64,000 bases of DNA from the human T2T-CHM13v2.0 reference genome, Homo sapiens. This document shows, piece after piece, positions 1 to 13,900 of the stretch (position 1 is its first letter; each line of letters starts with the position of its first letter). The notes beneath the pieces are model-generated. The model was not told the DNA's origin. It searched no databases and saw nothing but the letters and a program-made list of their open reading frames with translations. The DNA lies in the NCBI RefSeq assembly GCF_009914755.1, contig NC_060948.1. One strand, given 5' to 3'. The position numbers and the translations under genes are program-made.

Positions 1-950
1 AAAGGAATGGAATGGAATAGTATGGAATGGAATGGAAAGGAATGGAGTGGAATAGACTAGAGTAGAATGGAATTTACTCGAAAGCAATGGACTGGAGTAG
101 AACTTTCTTGAATGGGCTGGAATCAAACGGAATGGAATGCTGTGCAATCAAATAGAATGAAAGAGAATCAAATCCAATCGAATGGATTGGAAAGGAATTG
201 ACTGAAATGGAATGGACTAGAATGGAAGGCAAAGGAATGGAATCTATAGGAATGGACTGTAATGGAATGGAATGGAAGGGATTGGAATGGAATCGAATGG
301 AATGGACTGCAATAGAAAGGATTCGAATGGAATGAAAAAGAATTGAATGGAATAGAACAGAATGGAATCAAATCGAATGAAATGGAATGGAATAGAAAGG
401 ATTCGAATGGAATGCAATCGAACGGAATGGAATCGAACGGAATGGAATAAAATGGAAGAAAACTGGCAAGAAATGGAATCGAAATGAATGGAGTGTTATG
501 GAACGGACTCAAAAGGAATTGAATGTAATAGAATGGAGTGGAGTGGACTCGAATATAATGGACTGGAATGGAATGAAATCACATGGAATGGGAACGAATG
601 GAATGGAATGGAAAGGAATGGAATCGAATGGAAAGGAATCGAATGGAAGGGAATGCAATTGAATCAACAGGAATGGAAGGGAATAGAATAGACGGTAATG
701 GAATGGACTCGAATAGAATGGACACGAATGCTCAAATTGAATGGACTCGAATGGAATGGAAACGAAAGGAATGTCATCGAATGTAATTGAATTGATTGGA
801 ATGAAATCGCATAGAATGGAGTGGAATCAAATGGAATTGAGTCGAAAGGAAAGGAAGCGAATGGACTGAAATGAAATGGAATGGAATTGAATGGAAAGTA
901 ATGCAATGGAATAGAATGGAACGAAATTTCACGGAATGGAATCAAACTGA
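1..950 (+). repeat. Partial, more diverged DYZ1 monomer (U0)
   Basis: Contains the last part of the monomer (TAGTATGG, AACTTTCTTG, AAAACTGGCAAG landmarks) with many private substitutions and about 90 bp of small deletions relative to U1. Confidence 0.85.
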
Positions 951-1577
951 ATGGAATCAAATCAATGGAATCAAATCAAATGGAATGGAAAGGAATTGAA
1001 TGGAGTAGATGGGATTGGATGGGATTGGAATGAAATGTACTGGAAAGAACTCGAATTTCATGAAACGGAATGGAATGAATTGGAACGGAATGGACTCGAA
1101 TGGAATGGAATGTCATGGAATGGCATCAAATGGAATGGCATCAAATGGAATGGAATCGAATGCTATGGAATGCTATGGAATGGAATGGAATGCATTGGAA
1201 TGGAATGTCCTCTAATGGAATGGATTCGAGTGGAATGGAATCGAATATAATGGAGTCGAATGAAATGGAATTGAAAGGAATGGTACCGAATACAATGGAA
1301 TATACAGGAATGTAATGTAATGAACTCGAATGTAATTGACTGCAATGGAATGTACATGAATGGAATGTAATCGAATGGAAAGTAATCCAATGGAATAGAA
1401 TCTAATGCAATAAAATCGACTCAAATAGAATAGAATGTAATGGAATGGAGTGCAGTGCAATGGAATGGAATGGAATGGAATGCAGTGGAATGGAATGGAA
1501 TGGAATGCAATGGAATGGAATGTATTAGAATGTAATGAACATTAATGGAATGTACTCGAATGGATTCGACTGGAATG

Positions 1578-1590
1578 GAATGTTCTGGAA
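1578..1590. promoter_or_regulatory. Consensus heat-shock element site 1 (GAA-TG-TTC-TG-GAA); present in U1-U18
   Basis: Exact GAAnnTTCnnGAA match; reads GAATGTTCTCGAA in U10-U17. Motif match only, binding not shown. Confidence 0.55.
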
Positions 1591-1857
1591 GTTTATGGAC
1601 TCCAATGGAATAGATTCGAAAGGAATGGAATCGAACGGAATGGAATCTAATGGAATGGAATTAAATGGAAATGAATCAAATTGAATAGCACGGAATTGAA
1701 TTGAATGGAATAGAATGCAATGTAATCTAATGAAACAGAAAGGAAAGGAATGGAATGGAATGGAATGGGCTGGAATGGAATGGAATCGAAACGAATGGAA
1801 TGGAATCGAACTAAAGAGACTGGAATGGAATGCACTGGAATGGAAGGGAGTGTAATG

Positions 1858-1870
1858 GAAGGTTCTCGAA
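1858..1870. promoter_or_regulatory. Consensus heat-shock element site 2 (GAA-GG-TTC-TC-GAA); intact in 16 of 18 monomers
   Basis: Exact GAAnnTTCnnGAA match; TTC->TCC in U10 (33719-33731) and U17 (58842-58854). Motif match only. Confidence 0.55.
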
Positions 1871-2878
1871 AAAAATGGAATCGAATGGAATGGAATTGAA
1901 TGGAACGGAATAGAGTCGAATGGAATTGAATGGAATGGAATGGACTAGAGTGAAATGGAATCGAACCACAAGGAATGGACAGGAATAGAATGGTCTCGAA
2001 TTGAATGGAATCGTATGGAATGGCATCAAACGGAATGGAATGGACAGCCACGGAATGGAATGCACTCGAATGCAATGGAGTCGAAACTAATGGACTGGAA
2101 TAGAATGGACTCGACTGGTACGGACTCCAATGGAATGGAATCGAATGGAAGGGAATCGAACGGAATGGACTCGAAGGGAAAAGACTGCAATGGAAAGGTC
2201 TCGAATGGAATGGAAATTAATGGAATGGAATGGAATCGAATGAAGTGGAGTCAAAAGGAATGGAATCGAATGGCAAGAAATCGAATGTAATGGAATCGCA
2301 AGGAATTGATGTGAACGGAACGGAATGGAATGGAATCCAAAGGAATGGAATAGAATGGAATGGAATCAAATGGAAAGGACTCGAATGGAAATCACTCGAA
2401 TAGAATGCAATTTAATAAAATAGGATCAAATGTAATGGAATGGAATGGAAAGGAATCGAAACGAAAGGAATGGAGACAGATGGAATGGAATGGAACAGAG
2501 AGCAATGGTATAGAATGGAATGGAATCATCTGGAATGGAATTGAATGGAATGCAATAACATGAAATGGAATGGAATGGAATGGAATGCCCTTGAATTAAA
2601 TGGACTGGAATGGAATGAACTCGAACAGAGTGTAATGGAAAGTGTTGAAATAGAATGGAATGGACTCGTTTGGAATGGTCTAGTATGCAATGCAATCGAC
2701 TGGCAGGGAATCAAAAGGAATGTAATCGAATGGATTGGACTGGAATGCAATGGACTCGAATAGATTGGAAACGGAATGCAAAGGAATGGAATGGAATAGT
2801 ATGGAATGGAATGGAAAGGAATGGAGTGGAATAGACTAGAGTGGAATGGAATGGACTCAAAAGCAATGGACTGGAATG

Positions 2879-2891
2879 GAACTTTCTTGAA
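2879..2891. promoter_or_regulatory. Consensus heat-shock element site 3 (GAA-CT-TTC-TT-GAA); intact in 18 of 19 copies
   Basis: Exact GAAnnTTCnnGAA match, also at 100-112; TTC->TCC in U11 (38279-38291). Motif match only. Confidence 0.55.
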
Positions 2892-3814
2892 TGGACTGGA
2901 ATCAAACGGAATGGAATGCAATGCAATCAAATGGCATGGAATAAAATAGAATGAAAGAGAATCAAATGGAATTGAATGGAATGGAATCGAATGGATTGGA
3001 AAGGAATAGAATGGAATGGAATGGAATTGACTCAAATGGAATGGACTAGAATGGAATGGATTCGAATGGAAGGCAAAGGAATGGAATCTATTGGAATGGA
3101 CTGTAATGGAATGGAATGGAAGGGATTGGAATGGACTCGAATTGAATGGACTGCAATAGAAAGGATTCGAATGGAATGAAAAAGAATGGAATGGAATAGA
3201 ACAGAATGGAATCCAATCGAATGAAATGGAATGGAATAGAAAGGAATGGAATGAAATGGAATGGAAAGGATTCGAATGGAATGCAATCGAATGGAATGGA
3301 ATCGAACGGAATGGAATAAAATGGAAGAAAACTGGCAAGAAATGGAATCGAAATGAATGGAGTGTTATGGAACGGACTCAAAAGGAATTGAATGTAATAG
3401 AAATGAGTGGAGTGGACTCGAATATAATGGACTGGAATGGAATGAAATCACATGGAATGGGAACGAATGGAATGGAATGGAAAGGAATGGAATCGAATGG
3501 AAAGGAATGGAATGGAAGGGAATGAAACTGAATCAACAGGAATGGAAGGGAGTAGAATAGACGGTAATGGAATGGACTCGAATAGAATTGACACGAATGT
3601 ACAAATTGAATGGACTCGAATGGAATGGAAACGAAAGGAATGTCATAGAATGGAATTGAATCGATTGGAATGAAATCGCATAGAATGGAGTGGAATCAAA
3701 TGGAATTGAATCGAAAGGAAAGGAAGAGAATGGACTGAAATGGAATGGAATGGAATGGAAAGTAATGCAATGGAATAGAATGGAACGAAATTTCACGGAA
3801 TGGAATCAAACTGA

Positions 3815-6800
3815 ATGGAATCAAATCAATGGAATATAATCAAATGGAATGGAAAGGAATTGAATGGAGTAGATTGGATTGGATGGGACTGGAATGAAAT
3901 GGAATGGAAAGGACTCGAATTTCATGAAAAGGAATGGAATGAATTGGAACGGAATGGACTCGAATGGAATGGAATGTCATGGAATTGCATCAAATGGAAT
4001 GGCATCAAAGGGAATGGAATCGAATGCAATGGAATGCTATGGAATGGAATGGAATGCATTGGAATGGAATGTCCTCTAATGGAATGGATTCGAGTGGAAT
4101 GGAATCGAATATAATGGAGTCGAATGAAATGGAATTGAAAGGAATGGGATCGAATACAATGGAATATACTGGAATGTAACGTAATGAACTCGAATGTAAT
4201 TGACTGGAATGGAATGTACACGAATGGAATGTAATCGAATGGAAAGTAATCCAATGGAATAGAATCTAATGCAATAAAATCGACTCAAATAGAATAGAAT
4301 GCAATGGAATGGAGTGCAGTGCAATGGAATGGGATGGAATGGAATGCAATGGAATGGAATGGAATGGAATGGAATGCAATGGGATGGAATGGTATGGAAT
4401 GGATAGTAATGGACTGGAGTGAAATGGACTGGAAAGGAATGGACTCAAATTGAAAGGTCTCGAAAGGAATGGAGTCAAATGGAATGGTCTGGAATGGAAT
4501 GAACACGAATGTAATCAATCCAATAGAATGGAATCGAATGGCATGGAATATAAAGAAATGGAATCGAAGAGAATGGAAACAAATGGAATGGAATTGAATG
4601 GAATGGAATTGAATGGAATGGGAACGAATGGAGTGAAATTGTATGCAGTAGAAGAGAATAGAATGGAATGCAAGCGAAAGGAAAGGAATGGATTGGAATG
4701 GAATGGAATTCATTGGAATGGAAGGGAATGTAGTGTAATGGACAGGCCTGGAATAAAGTGGAATGCTACGGTCTCGAATGGAATAAAAATGTATGGAATG
4801 GAATGCAATGAAACGGAATCGAATGTCATAGAATGTAATGGAAAGCAAAAAAATGGAATCCAAAATCATTGACTGGAAAGGCTGGGTGTCGAAAGGAATT
4901 GACTCCAATGGAATGGAATCGAATGGAATGGAAGTGAATAGAATCGAACTAAATCGAATGGAATGGAATTGATAGGAACGGAATGGAAAGGAATGCAATG
5001 ATTTGGCATGGAATGGAATCGAATGGCATCGAATGGAATGGAATGGAATGCAATGGAATGGAATATATTAGAATGTAATGAACTTTAATGGAATGTACTC
5101 GAATGGATTCGACTGGAATGGAATGTTCTGGAAGTGAATGGACTCCAATGGAATGGATTCGAAAGGAATGGAATCGTACGGAATGGAATCTAATGGAATG
5201 GAATTAAATGGAAATGAATCAAATTGAATAGCACGGAATTGAATTGAATGGAATGGAATGCAATGGAATCTAATGAAACGGAAAGGAAAGGAATGGAATG
5301 GAATGGAATGGGCTGGAATGGAAAGGAATCGAAACGAATGGAATGGAATCGAACTGAAGAGACTGGAATGGAATGCACTGGAATGGAAGGGAGTGTAATG
5401 GAAGGTTCTCGAAAAAAATGGAATCGAATGGAATGGAATTGAATGGAACGGAATAGAGTCGAATGAATTGAATGGAATGGAATGGACTAGAGTGAAATGG
5501 AATCGAACCACAAGGAATGGACAGGAATAGAATGGTCTCGAATTGAATGGAATCGTATGGAATGGCATCAAACGGAATGGAATGGACAAGCCACGGAATG
5601 GAATGCACTCGAATGCAATGGAGTCGAAACTAATGGACTGGAATAGAATGGACTCGACTGGTACGGACTCCAATGGAATGGAATCGAATGGAAGGGAATG
5701 GAACGGAAGGGAATCGAACGGAATGGACTCGAAGGGAAAAGACTGCAATGGAAAGGTCTCGAATGGAATGGAAATTAATGGAATGGAATGGAATCGAATG
5801 AAATGGAGTCAAAAGGAATGGAATCGAATGGCAAGAAATCGAATGTAATGGAATCGCAAGGAATTGATGTGAACGGAACGGAATGGAATGGAATCCAAAG
5901 GAATGGAATAGAATGGAATGGAATCGAATGGAAAGGACTCGAATGGAAATCACTCGAATAGAATGCAATTTAATAAAATAGGATCAAATGTAATGGAATG
6001 GAATGGAAAGGAATCGAAACGAAAGGAATGGAGACAGATGGAATGGAATGGAACAGAGAACAATGGTATAGAATGGAATGGAATCATCTGGAATGGAATT
6101 GAATGGAATGGAATAACATGAAATGGAATGGAATGGAATGGAATGCCCTTGAATTAAATGGACTGGAATGGAATGGACTCGAACAGAGTGGAATGGAAAG
6201 TGTTGAGATAGAATGGAACGGACTCCTTTGGAATGGTGTAGTATGCAATGCAATCGACTGGCAGGGAATCAAAAGGAATGTAATCGAATGGATTGGACTG
6301 GAATGCAATGGATTCGAATAGATTGGAAACGGAATGCAAAGGAATGGAATGGAATAGTATGGAATGGAATGGAAAGGAATGGAGTGGAATAGACTAGAGT
6401 GGAATGGAATGAACTGGAAAGCAATGGACTGGAATGGAACTTTCTTGAATGGACTGGAATCAAACGGAATGGAATGCAATGCAATCAAATGGCATGGAAT
6501 AAAATAGAATGAAAGAGAATCAAACGGAATTGAATCGAATGGAATCGAATGGATTGGAAAGGAATAGAATGGAATGGAATGGAATTGACTCAAATGGAAT
6601 GGACTAGAATGGAATGGATTCGAATGGAAGGCAAAGGAACGGAATCTATTGGAATGGACTGTAATGGAATGGAATGGAAGGGATTGGAATGGACTCGAAT
6701 TGAATGGACTGCAATAGAAAGGATTCGAATGGAATGAAAAAGAATTGAATGGAATAGAACAGAATGGAATCAAATCGAATGAAATGGAATGGAATAGAAA

Positions 6801-7372
6801 GGAATGGAATGAAATGGAATGGAAAGGATTCGAATGGAATGCAATCGAATGGAATGGAATCGAACGGAATGGAATAAAATGGAAGAAAACTGGCAAGAAA
6901 TGGAATCGAAATGAATGGAGTGTTATGGAACGGACTCAAAAGGAATTGAATGTAATAGAAATGAGTGGAGTGGACTCGAATATAATGGACTGGAATGGAA
7001 TGAAATCACATGGAATGGGAACGAATGGAATGGAATGGAAAGGAATGGAATCGAATGGAAAGGAATGGAATGGAAGGGAATGAAACTGAATCAACAGGAA
7101 TGGAAGGGAGTAGAATAGACGGTAATGGAATGGACTCGAATAGAATTGACACGAATGTACAAATTGAATGGACTCGAATGGAATGGAAACGAAAGGAATG
7201 TCATAGAATGGAATTGAATCGATTGGAATGAAATCGCATAGAATGGAGTGGAATCAAATGGAATTGAATCGAAAGGAAAGGAAGAGAATGGACTGAAATG
7301 GAATGGAATGGAATGGAAAGTAATGCAATGGAATAGAATGGAACGAAATTTCACGGAATGGAATCAAACTGA
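3815..7372 (+). repeat. DYZ1 monomer U2, 3558 bp
   Basis: Anchor spacing 3815->7373; GGCC at 4745-4748. Confidence 0.9.
4609..4762. other. Classical DYZ1 sexing-PCR target (154 bp) with EcoRI (4706-4711) and StuI/HaeIII (4744-4749) sites; recurs in U2-U18
   Basis: TTGAATGGAATGGGAACGAATGG at 4609-4631 and GGACAGGCCTGGAATAAAGTGGA at 4740-4762, which match my recollection of the Y1.2/Y1.1 primers. Confidence 0.85.
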
Positions 7373-10300
7373 ATGGAATCAAATCAATGGAATATAATCA
7401 AATGGAATGGAAAGGAATTGAATGGAGTAGATTGGATTGGATGGGATTGGAATGAAATGGAATGGAAAGGACTCGAATTTCATGAAAAGGAATGGAATGA
7501 ATTGGAACGGAATGGACTCGAATGGAATGGAATGTCATGGAATTGCATCAAATGGAATGGCATCAAAGGGAATGGAATCGAATGCAATGGAATGCTATGG
7601 AATGGAATGGAATGCATTGGAATGGAATGTCCTCTAATGGAATGGATTCGAGTGGAATGGAATCGAATATAATGGAGTCGAATGAAATGGAATTGAAAGG
7701 AATGGGATCGAATACAATGGAATATACTGGAATGTAACGTAATGAACTCGAATGTAATTGACTGGAATGGAATGTACACGAATGGAATGTAATCGAATGG
7801 AAAGTAATCCAATGGAATAGAATCTAATGCAATAAAATCGACTCAAATAGAATAGAATGCAATGGAATGGAGTGCAGTGCAATGGAATGGGATGGAATGG
7901 AATGCAATGGAATGGAATGGAATGGAATGGAATGCAATGGGATGGAATGGTATGGAATGGATAGTAATGGACTGGAGTGAAATGGACTGGAAAGGAATGG
8001 ACTCAAATTGAAAGGTCTCGAAAGGAATGGAGTCAAATGGAATGGTCTGGAATGGAATGAACACGAATGTAATGCAATCCAATAGAATGGAATCGAATGG
8101 CATGGAATATAAAGAAATGGAATCGAAGAGAATGGAAACAAATGGAATGGAATTGAATGGAATGGAATTGAATGGAATGGGAACGAATGGAGTGAAATTG
8201 TATGCAGTAGAAGAGAATAGAATGGAATGCAAGCGAAAGGAAAGGAATGGATTGGAATGGAATGGAATTCATTGGAATGGAAGGGAATGTAGTGTAATGG
8301 ACAGGCCTGGAATAAAGTGGAATGCTACGGTCTCGAATGGAATAAAAATGTATGGAATGGAATGCAATGAAACGGAATCGAATGTCATAGAATGTAATGG
8401 AAAGCAAAAAAATGGAATCCAAAATCATTGACTGGAAAGGCTGGGTGTCGAAAGGAATTGACTCCAATGGAATGGAATCGAATGGAATGGAAGTGAATAG
8501 AATCGAACTAAATCGAATGGAATGGAATTGATAGGAACGGAATGGAAAGGAATGCAATGATTTGGCATGGAATGGAATCGAATGGCATCGAATGGAATGG
8601 AATGGAATGCAATGGAATGGAATATATTAGAATGTAATGAACTTTAATGGAATGTACTCGAATGGATTCGACTGGAATGGAATGTTCTGGAAGTGAATGG
8701 ACTCCAATGGAATGGATTCGAAAGGAATGGAATCGTACGGAATGGAATCTAATGGAATGGAATTAAATGGAAATGAATCAAATTGAATAGCACGGAATTG
8801 AATTGAATGGAATGGAATGCAATGGAATCTAATGAAACGGAAAGGAAAGGAATGGAATGGAATGGAATGGGCTGGAATGGAAAGGAATCGAAACGAATGG
8901 AATGGAATCGAACTGAAGAGACTGGAATGGAATGCACTGGAATGGAAGGGAGTGTAATGGAAGGTTCTCGAAAAAAATGGAATCGAATGGAATGGAATTG
9001 AATGGAACGGAATAGAGTCGAATGGAATTGAATGGAATGGAATGGACTAGAGTGAAATGGAATCGAACCACAAGGAATGGACAGGAATAGAATGGTCTCG
9101 AATTGAATGGAATCGTATGGAATGGCATCAAACGGAATGGAATGGACAGCCACGGAATGGAATGCACTCGAATGCAATGGAGTCGAAACTAATGGACTGG
9201 AATAGAATGGACTCGACTGGTACGGACTCCAATGGAATGGAATCGAATGGAAGGGAATGGAACGGAAGGGAATCGAACGGAATGGACTCGAAGGGAAAAG
9301 ACTGCAATGGAAAGGTCTCGAATGGAATGGAAATTAATGGAATGGAATGGAATCGAATGAAATGGAGTCAAAAGGAATGGAATCGAATGGCAAGAAATCG
9401 AATGTAATGGAATCGCAAGGAATTGATGTGAACGGAACGGAATGGAATGGAATCCAAAGGAATGGAATAGAATGGAATGGAATCGAATGGAAAGGACTCG
9501 AATGGAAATCACTCGAATAGAATGCAATTTAATAAAATAGGATCAAATGTAATGGAATGGAATGGAAAGGAATCGAAACGAAAGGAATGGAGACAGATGG
9601 AATGGAATGGAACAGAGAGCAATGGTATAGAATGGAATGGAATCATCTGGAATGGAATTGAATGGAATGGAATAACATGAAATGGAATGGAATGGAATGG
9701 AATGCCCTTGAATTAAATGGACTGGAATGGAATGGACTCGAACAGAGTGGAATGGAAAGTGTTGAGATAGAATGGAACGGACTCCTTTGGAATGGTGTAG
9801 TATGCAATGCAATCGACTGGCAGGGAATCAAAAGGAATGTAATCGAATGGATTGGACTGGAATGCAATGGATTCGAATAGATTGGAAACGGAATGCAAAG
9901 GAATGGAATGGAATAGTATGGAATGGAATGGAAAGGAATGGAGTGGAATAGACTAGAGTGGAATGGAATGGACTGGAAAGCAATGGACTGGAATGGAACT
10001 TTCTTGAATGGACTGGAATCAAACGGAATGGAATGCAATGCAATCAAATGGCATGGAATAAAATAGAATGAAAGAGAATCAAACGGAATTGAATCGAATG
10101 GAATCGAATGGATTGGAAAGGAATAGAATGGAATGGAATGGAATTGACTCAAATGGAATGGACTAGAATGGAATGGATTCGAATGGAAGGCAAAGGAATG
10201 GAATCTATTGGAATGGACTGTAATGGAATGGAATGGAAGGGATTGGAATGGACTCGAATGGAATGGACTGCAATAGAAAGGATTCGAATGGAATGAAAAA

Positions 10301-10951
10301 GAATTGAATGGAATAGAACAGAATGGAATCAAACCTCATGAAATAGAATGGAATAGAAAGGAATGGAATGAAATCGAATGGAAAGGATTCGAATGGAATG
10401 CAATCGAATGGAATGCAATCGAATGGAATGGAATCGAACGGAATGGAATAAAATGGAAGAAAACTGGCAAGAAATGGAATCGAAATGAATGGAGTGTTAA
10501 GGAACGGACTCAAAAGGAATTGAATGTAATAGAATGGAGTGGAGTGGACTCGAATATAATGGACTGGAATGGAATGAAATCACGTGGAATGGGAACGAAT
10601 GGAATGGAATGGAAAGGAATGGAATCGAATGGAAAGGAATCGCATGGAAGGGAATGAAATTGAATCAACAGGAATGGAAAGGAGTAGAATAGATGGTAAT
10701 GGAATGGGCTCGAATAGAATGGACACGAATGCTCAAATTAAATGGACTCGAATGGAATGGAAACGAAAGGAATGTCATCGAATGGAATTGAATCGATTGG
10801 AATGAAATCACATAGAATGGAGTGGAATCAAATGGAATTGAATCGAAAGGAAAGGAAGCGAATGGACTGAAATGAAATGGAATGGAATTGAATGGAAATT
10901 AATGCAATGGAATAGAATGGAAAGAAATTTCACGGAATGGAATCAAACTGA
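7373..10951 (+). repeat. DYZ1 monomer U3, 3579 bp
   Basis: Anchor spacing 7373->10952; near copy of U2 until ~10.2 kb. Confidence 0.9.
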
Positions 10952-13900
10952 ATGGAATCAAATCAATGGAATATAATCAAATGGAATGGAAAGGAATTGA
11001 ATGGAGTAGATTGGATTGGATGGGATTGGAATGAAATGTACTGGAAAGGACTCGAATTTCATGAAACGGAATGGAATGAATTAGAACGGAATGGACTCGA
11101 ATGGAATGGAATATCACGGAATGGCATCAAATGGAATGGCATCAATTGGAATGGAATCGAATGCAATGGAATGCTATGGAATGGAATGGAATGCATTGGA
11201 ATGGAATGTCCTCTAATGGAATGGATTCGAGTGGAATGGAATCGAATATAATGGAGTCTAATGAAATGGAATTGAAAGGAATGGGATCCAATACAATGGA
11301 ATATACTGGAATGTAATGTAATGAACTCGAATGTAATTGACTCGAATGGAATGTACATGAATGGAATGTAATCGAATGGAAAGTAATCCAATGGAATAGA
11401 ATCTAATGCAATAAAATCGACTCAAGTAGAGTAGAATATAATGGAATGGAGTGCAGTGCAATGGAATGGAATGGAATGGAATGCAATGGAATGGAATGGA
11501 ATGGAATGGAATGGAATGGGATGGAATGGTATGGAATGGATAGTAATGGACTGGAGTGAAATGGACTGGAAAGGAATGGACTCAAATTGAAAGGGGTCGA
11601 AAGTAATGGAGTCAAATGGAATGGTTTGGAATGGAATGAACACGAATGTAATGCAATCCAATAGAATGGAATCGAATGGCATGGAATATAAAGAAATGGA
11701 ATCGAAGAGAATGGAAACAAATGGAATGGAATTGAATGGAATGGAATTGAATGGAATGGGAACGAATGGAGTGAAATTGTATGCAGTAGAAGGGAATAGA
11801 ATGGAATGCAAGCGAAAGGAAAGGAATGGATTGGAATGGAATGGAATTCATTGGAATGGAAGGGAATGTAGTGTAATGGACAGGCCTGGAATAAAGTGGA
11901 ATGCTACGGTCTCGAATGGAATAAAAATGTATGGAATGGAATGCAATGAAACGGAATCGAATGTCATAGAATGTAATGGAATGCAAAAAAAATGGACTCC
12001 AAAATCATTGACTGGAAAGGCTGGGTGTCGAAAGGAATTGACTCCAATGGAATGGAATCGAATGGAATGGAAGTGAATAGAATCGAACTAAATCGAATGG
12101 AATGGAATTGATAGGAACGGAATGGAAAGGAATGCAATGATTTGGCATGGAATGGAATCGAATGGCATCGAATGGAATGGAATGGAATGCAATGGAATGG
12201 AATGTATTAGAATGTAATGAACATTAATGGAAAGTACTCGAATGGATTCGACTGGAATGGAATGTTCTGGAAGTGAATGGACTCCAATGGAATGGATTCG
12301 AAAGGAATGGAATCGAACGGAATGGAATTAAACGGAAATGAATCAAATAGAATAGAACGGAATTGAATTGAATGGAATCGAATGCAATGGAATCTAATGA
12401 AACGGAAAGGAATGGAATGGAATGGGCTGGAATGGAATGGAATCGAAACGAATGGAATGGAATCGAACTGAAGAGACTGGAATGGAATGCACTGGAATGG
12501 AAGGGAATGTAATGGAAGGTTCTCGAAAAAAATGGAATCGAAAGGAATGGAATTGAATGGAACGGAATAGAGTCGAATGGAATTCATTGGAATGGAATGG
12601 ACTAGAGTGAAATGGAATCGAACCACAAGGAATGGACAGGAATAGAATGGTCTCGAATTGAATGGAATCGTATGGAATGGCATCAAACGGAATGGAATGG
12701 ACGGCCACGGAATGGAATGCACTCGAATGCAATGGAGTCGAAACTAATGGACTGGAATAGAATGGACTCGACTGGTACGGACTCCAATGGAATGGAATCG
12801 AATGGAAGGGAATCGAACGGAATGGACTCGAAGGGAAAAGACTGCAATGGAAAGGTCTCGAATGGAATGGAAATTAATGGAATGGAATGGAATCGAATGA
12901 AATGGAGTCAAAAGGAATGGAATCGAATGGCAAGAAATCGAATGTAATGGAATCGCAAGGAATTGATGTGAACGGAACGGAATGGAATGGAATCCAAAGG
13001 AATGGAATAGAATGGAATGGAATCGAATGGAAAGGACTCGAATGGAAATCACTCGAATAGAATGCAATTTAATAAAATAGGATCAAATGTAATGGAATGG
13101 AATGGAAAGGAATCGAAACGAAAGGAATGGAGACAGATGGAATGGAATGGAACAGAGAGCAATGGTATAGAATGGAATGGAATCATCTGGAATGGAATTG
13201 AATGGAATGGAATAATATGAAATGGAATGGAATGGAATGGAATGCCCTTGAATTAAATGGACTGGAATGGAATGGACTCGAACACAGTGGAATGGAAAGT
13301 GTTGAAATAGAATGGAATGGACTCATTTGGAATGGTCTAGTATGCAATGCAATAGACTGGCAGGGAATCAAAAGGAATGTAATCGAATGGATTGGACTGG
13401 AATGCAATGGACTCGAATAGATTGGAAACGGAAAGCAAAGGAATGGAATGGAATAGTATGGAATGGAATGCAAAGGAATGGAGTGGAATAGACTAGAGTG
13501 GAATGGAATGGACTCGAAAGCAATGGACTGGAATGGAACTTTCTTGAATGGACTGGAATCAAACGGAATGGAATGCAATGCAATCAAATGGCATGGAATA
13601 AAATAGAATGAAAGAGAATCAAATGGAATTGAATCGAATGGAATCGAATGGATTGGAAAGGAATAGAATGGAATGGAATGGAATTGACTCAAATGGAATG
13701 GACTAGAATGGAATGGATTCGAATGGAAGGCAAAGGAATGGAATCTATTGGAATGGACTGTAATGGAATGGAATGGAAGAGATTGGAATGGACTCGAATG
13801 GAATGGACTGCAGTAGAAAGGATTCGAATGGAATGAAAAAGAATTGAATGGAATAGAACAGAATGGAATCAAATCGAATGAAATGGAATGGAATAGAAAG

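Larger units (their letters stand above)
951..3814 (+). repeat. DYZ1 monomer U1, 2864 bp, internally deleted
   Basis: Anchor-to-anchor distance 951->3815; lacks the segment carrying the EcoRI and StuI/HaeIII sites. Confidence 0.9.

Noticed and set aside
955-970. GAATCAAATCA resembling a DUX4-type site
   Set aside because: Lacks the TAA half-site and is easily produced from the pentamer background.
1861-1880. Short A-tracts (also near 4847 and homologues) as retro-insertion tails or terminators
   Set aside because: Only 7-8 A, at fixed monomer positions and in pentamer register; no target-site duplication or foreign sequence.
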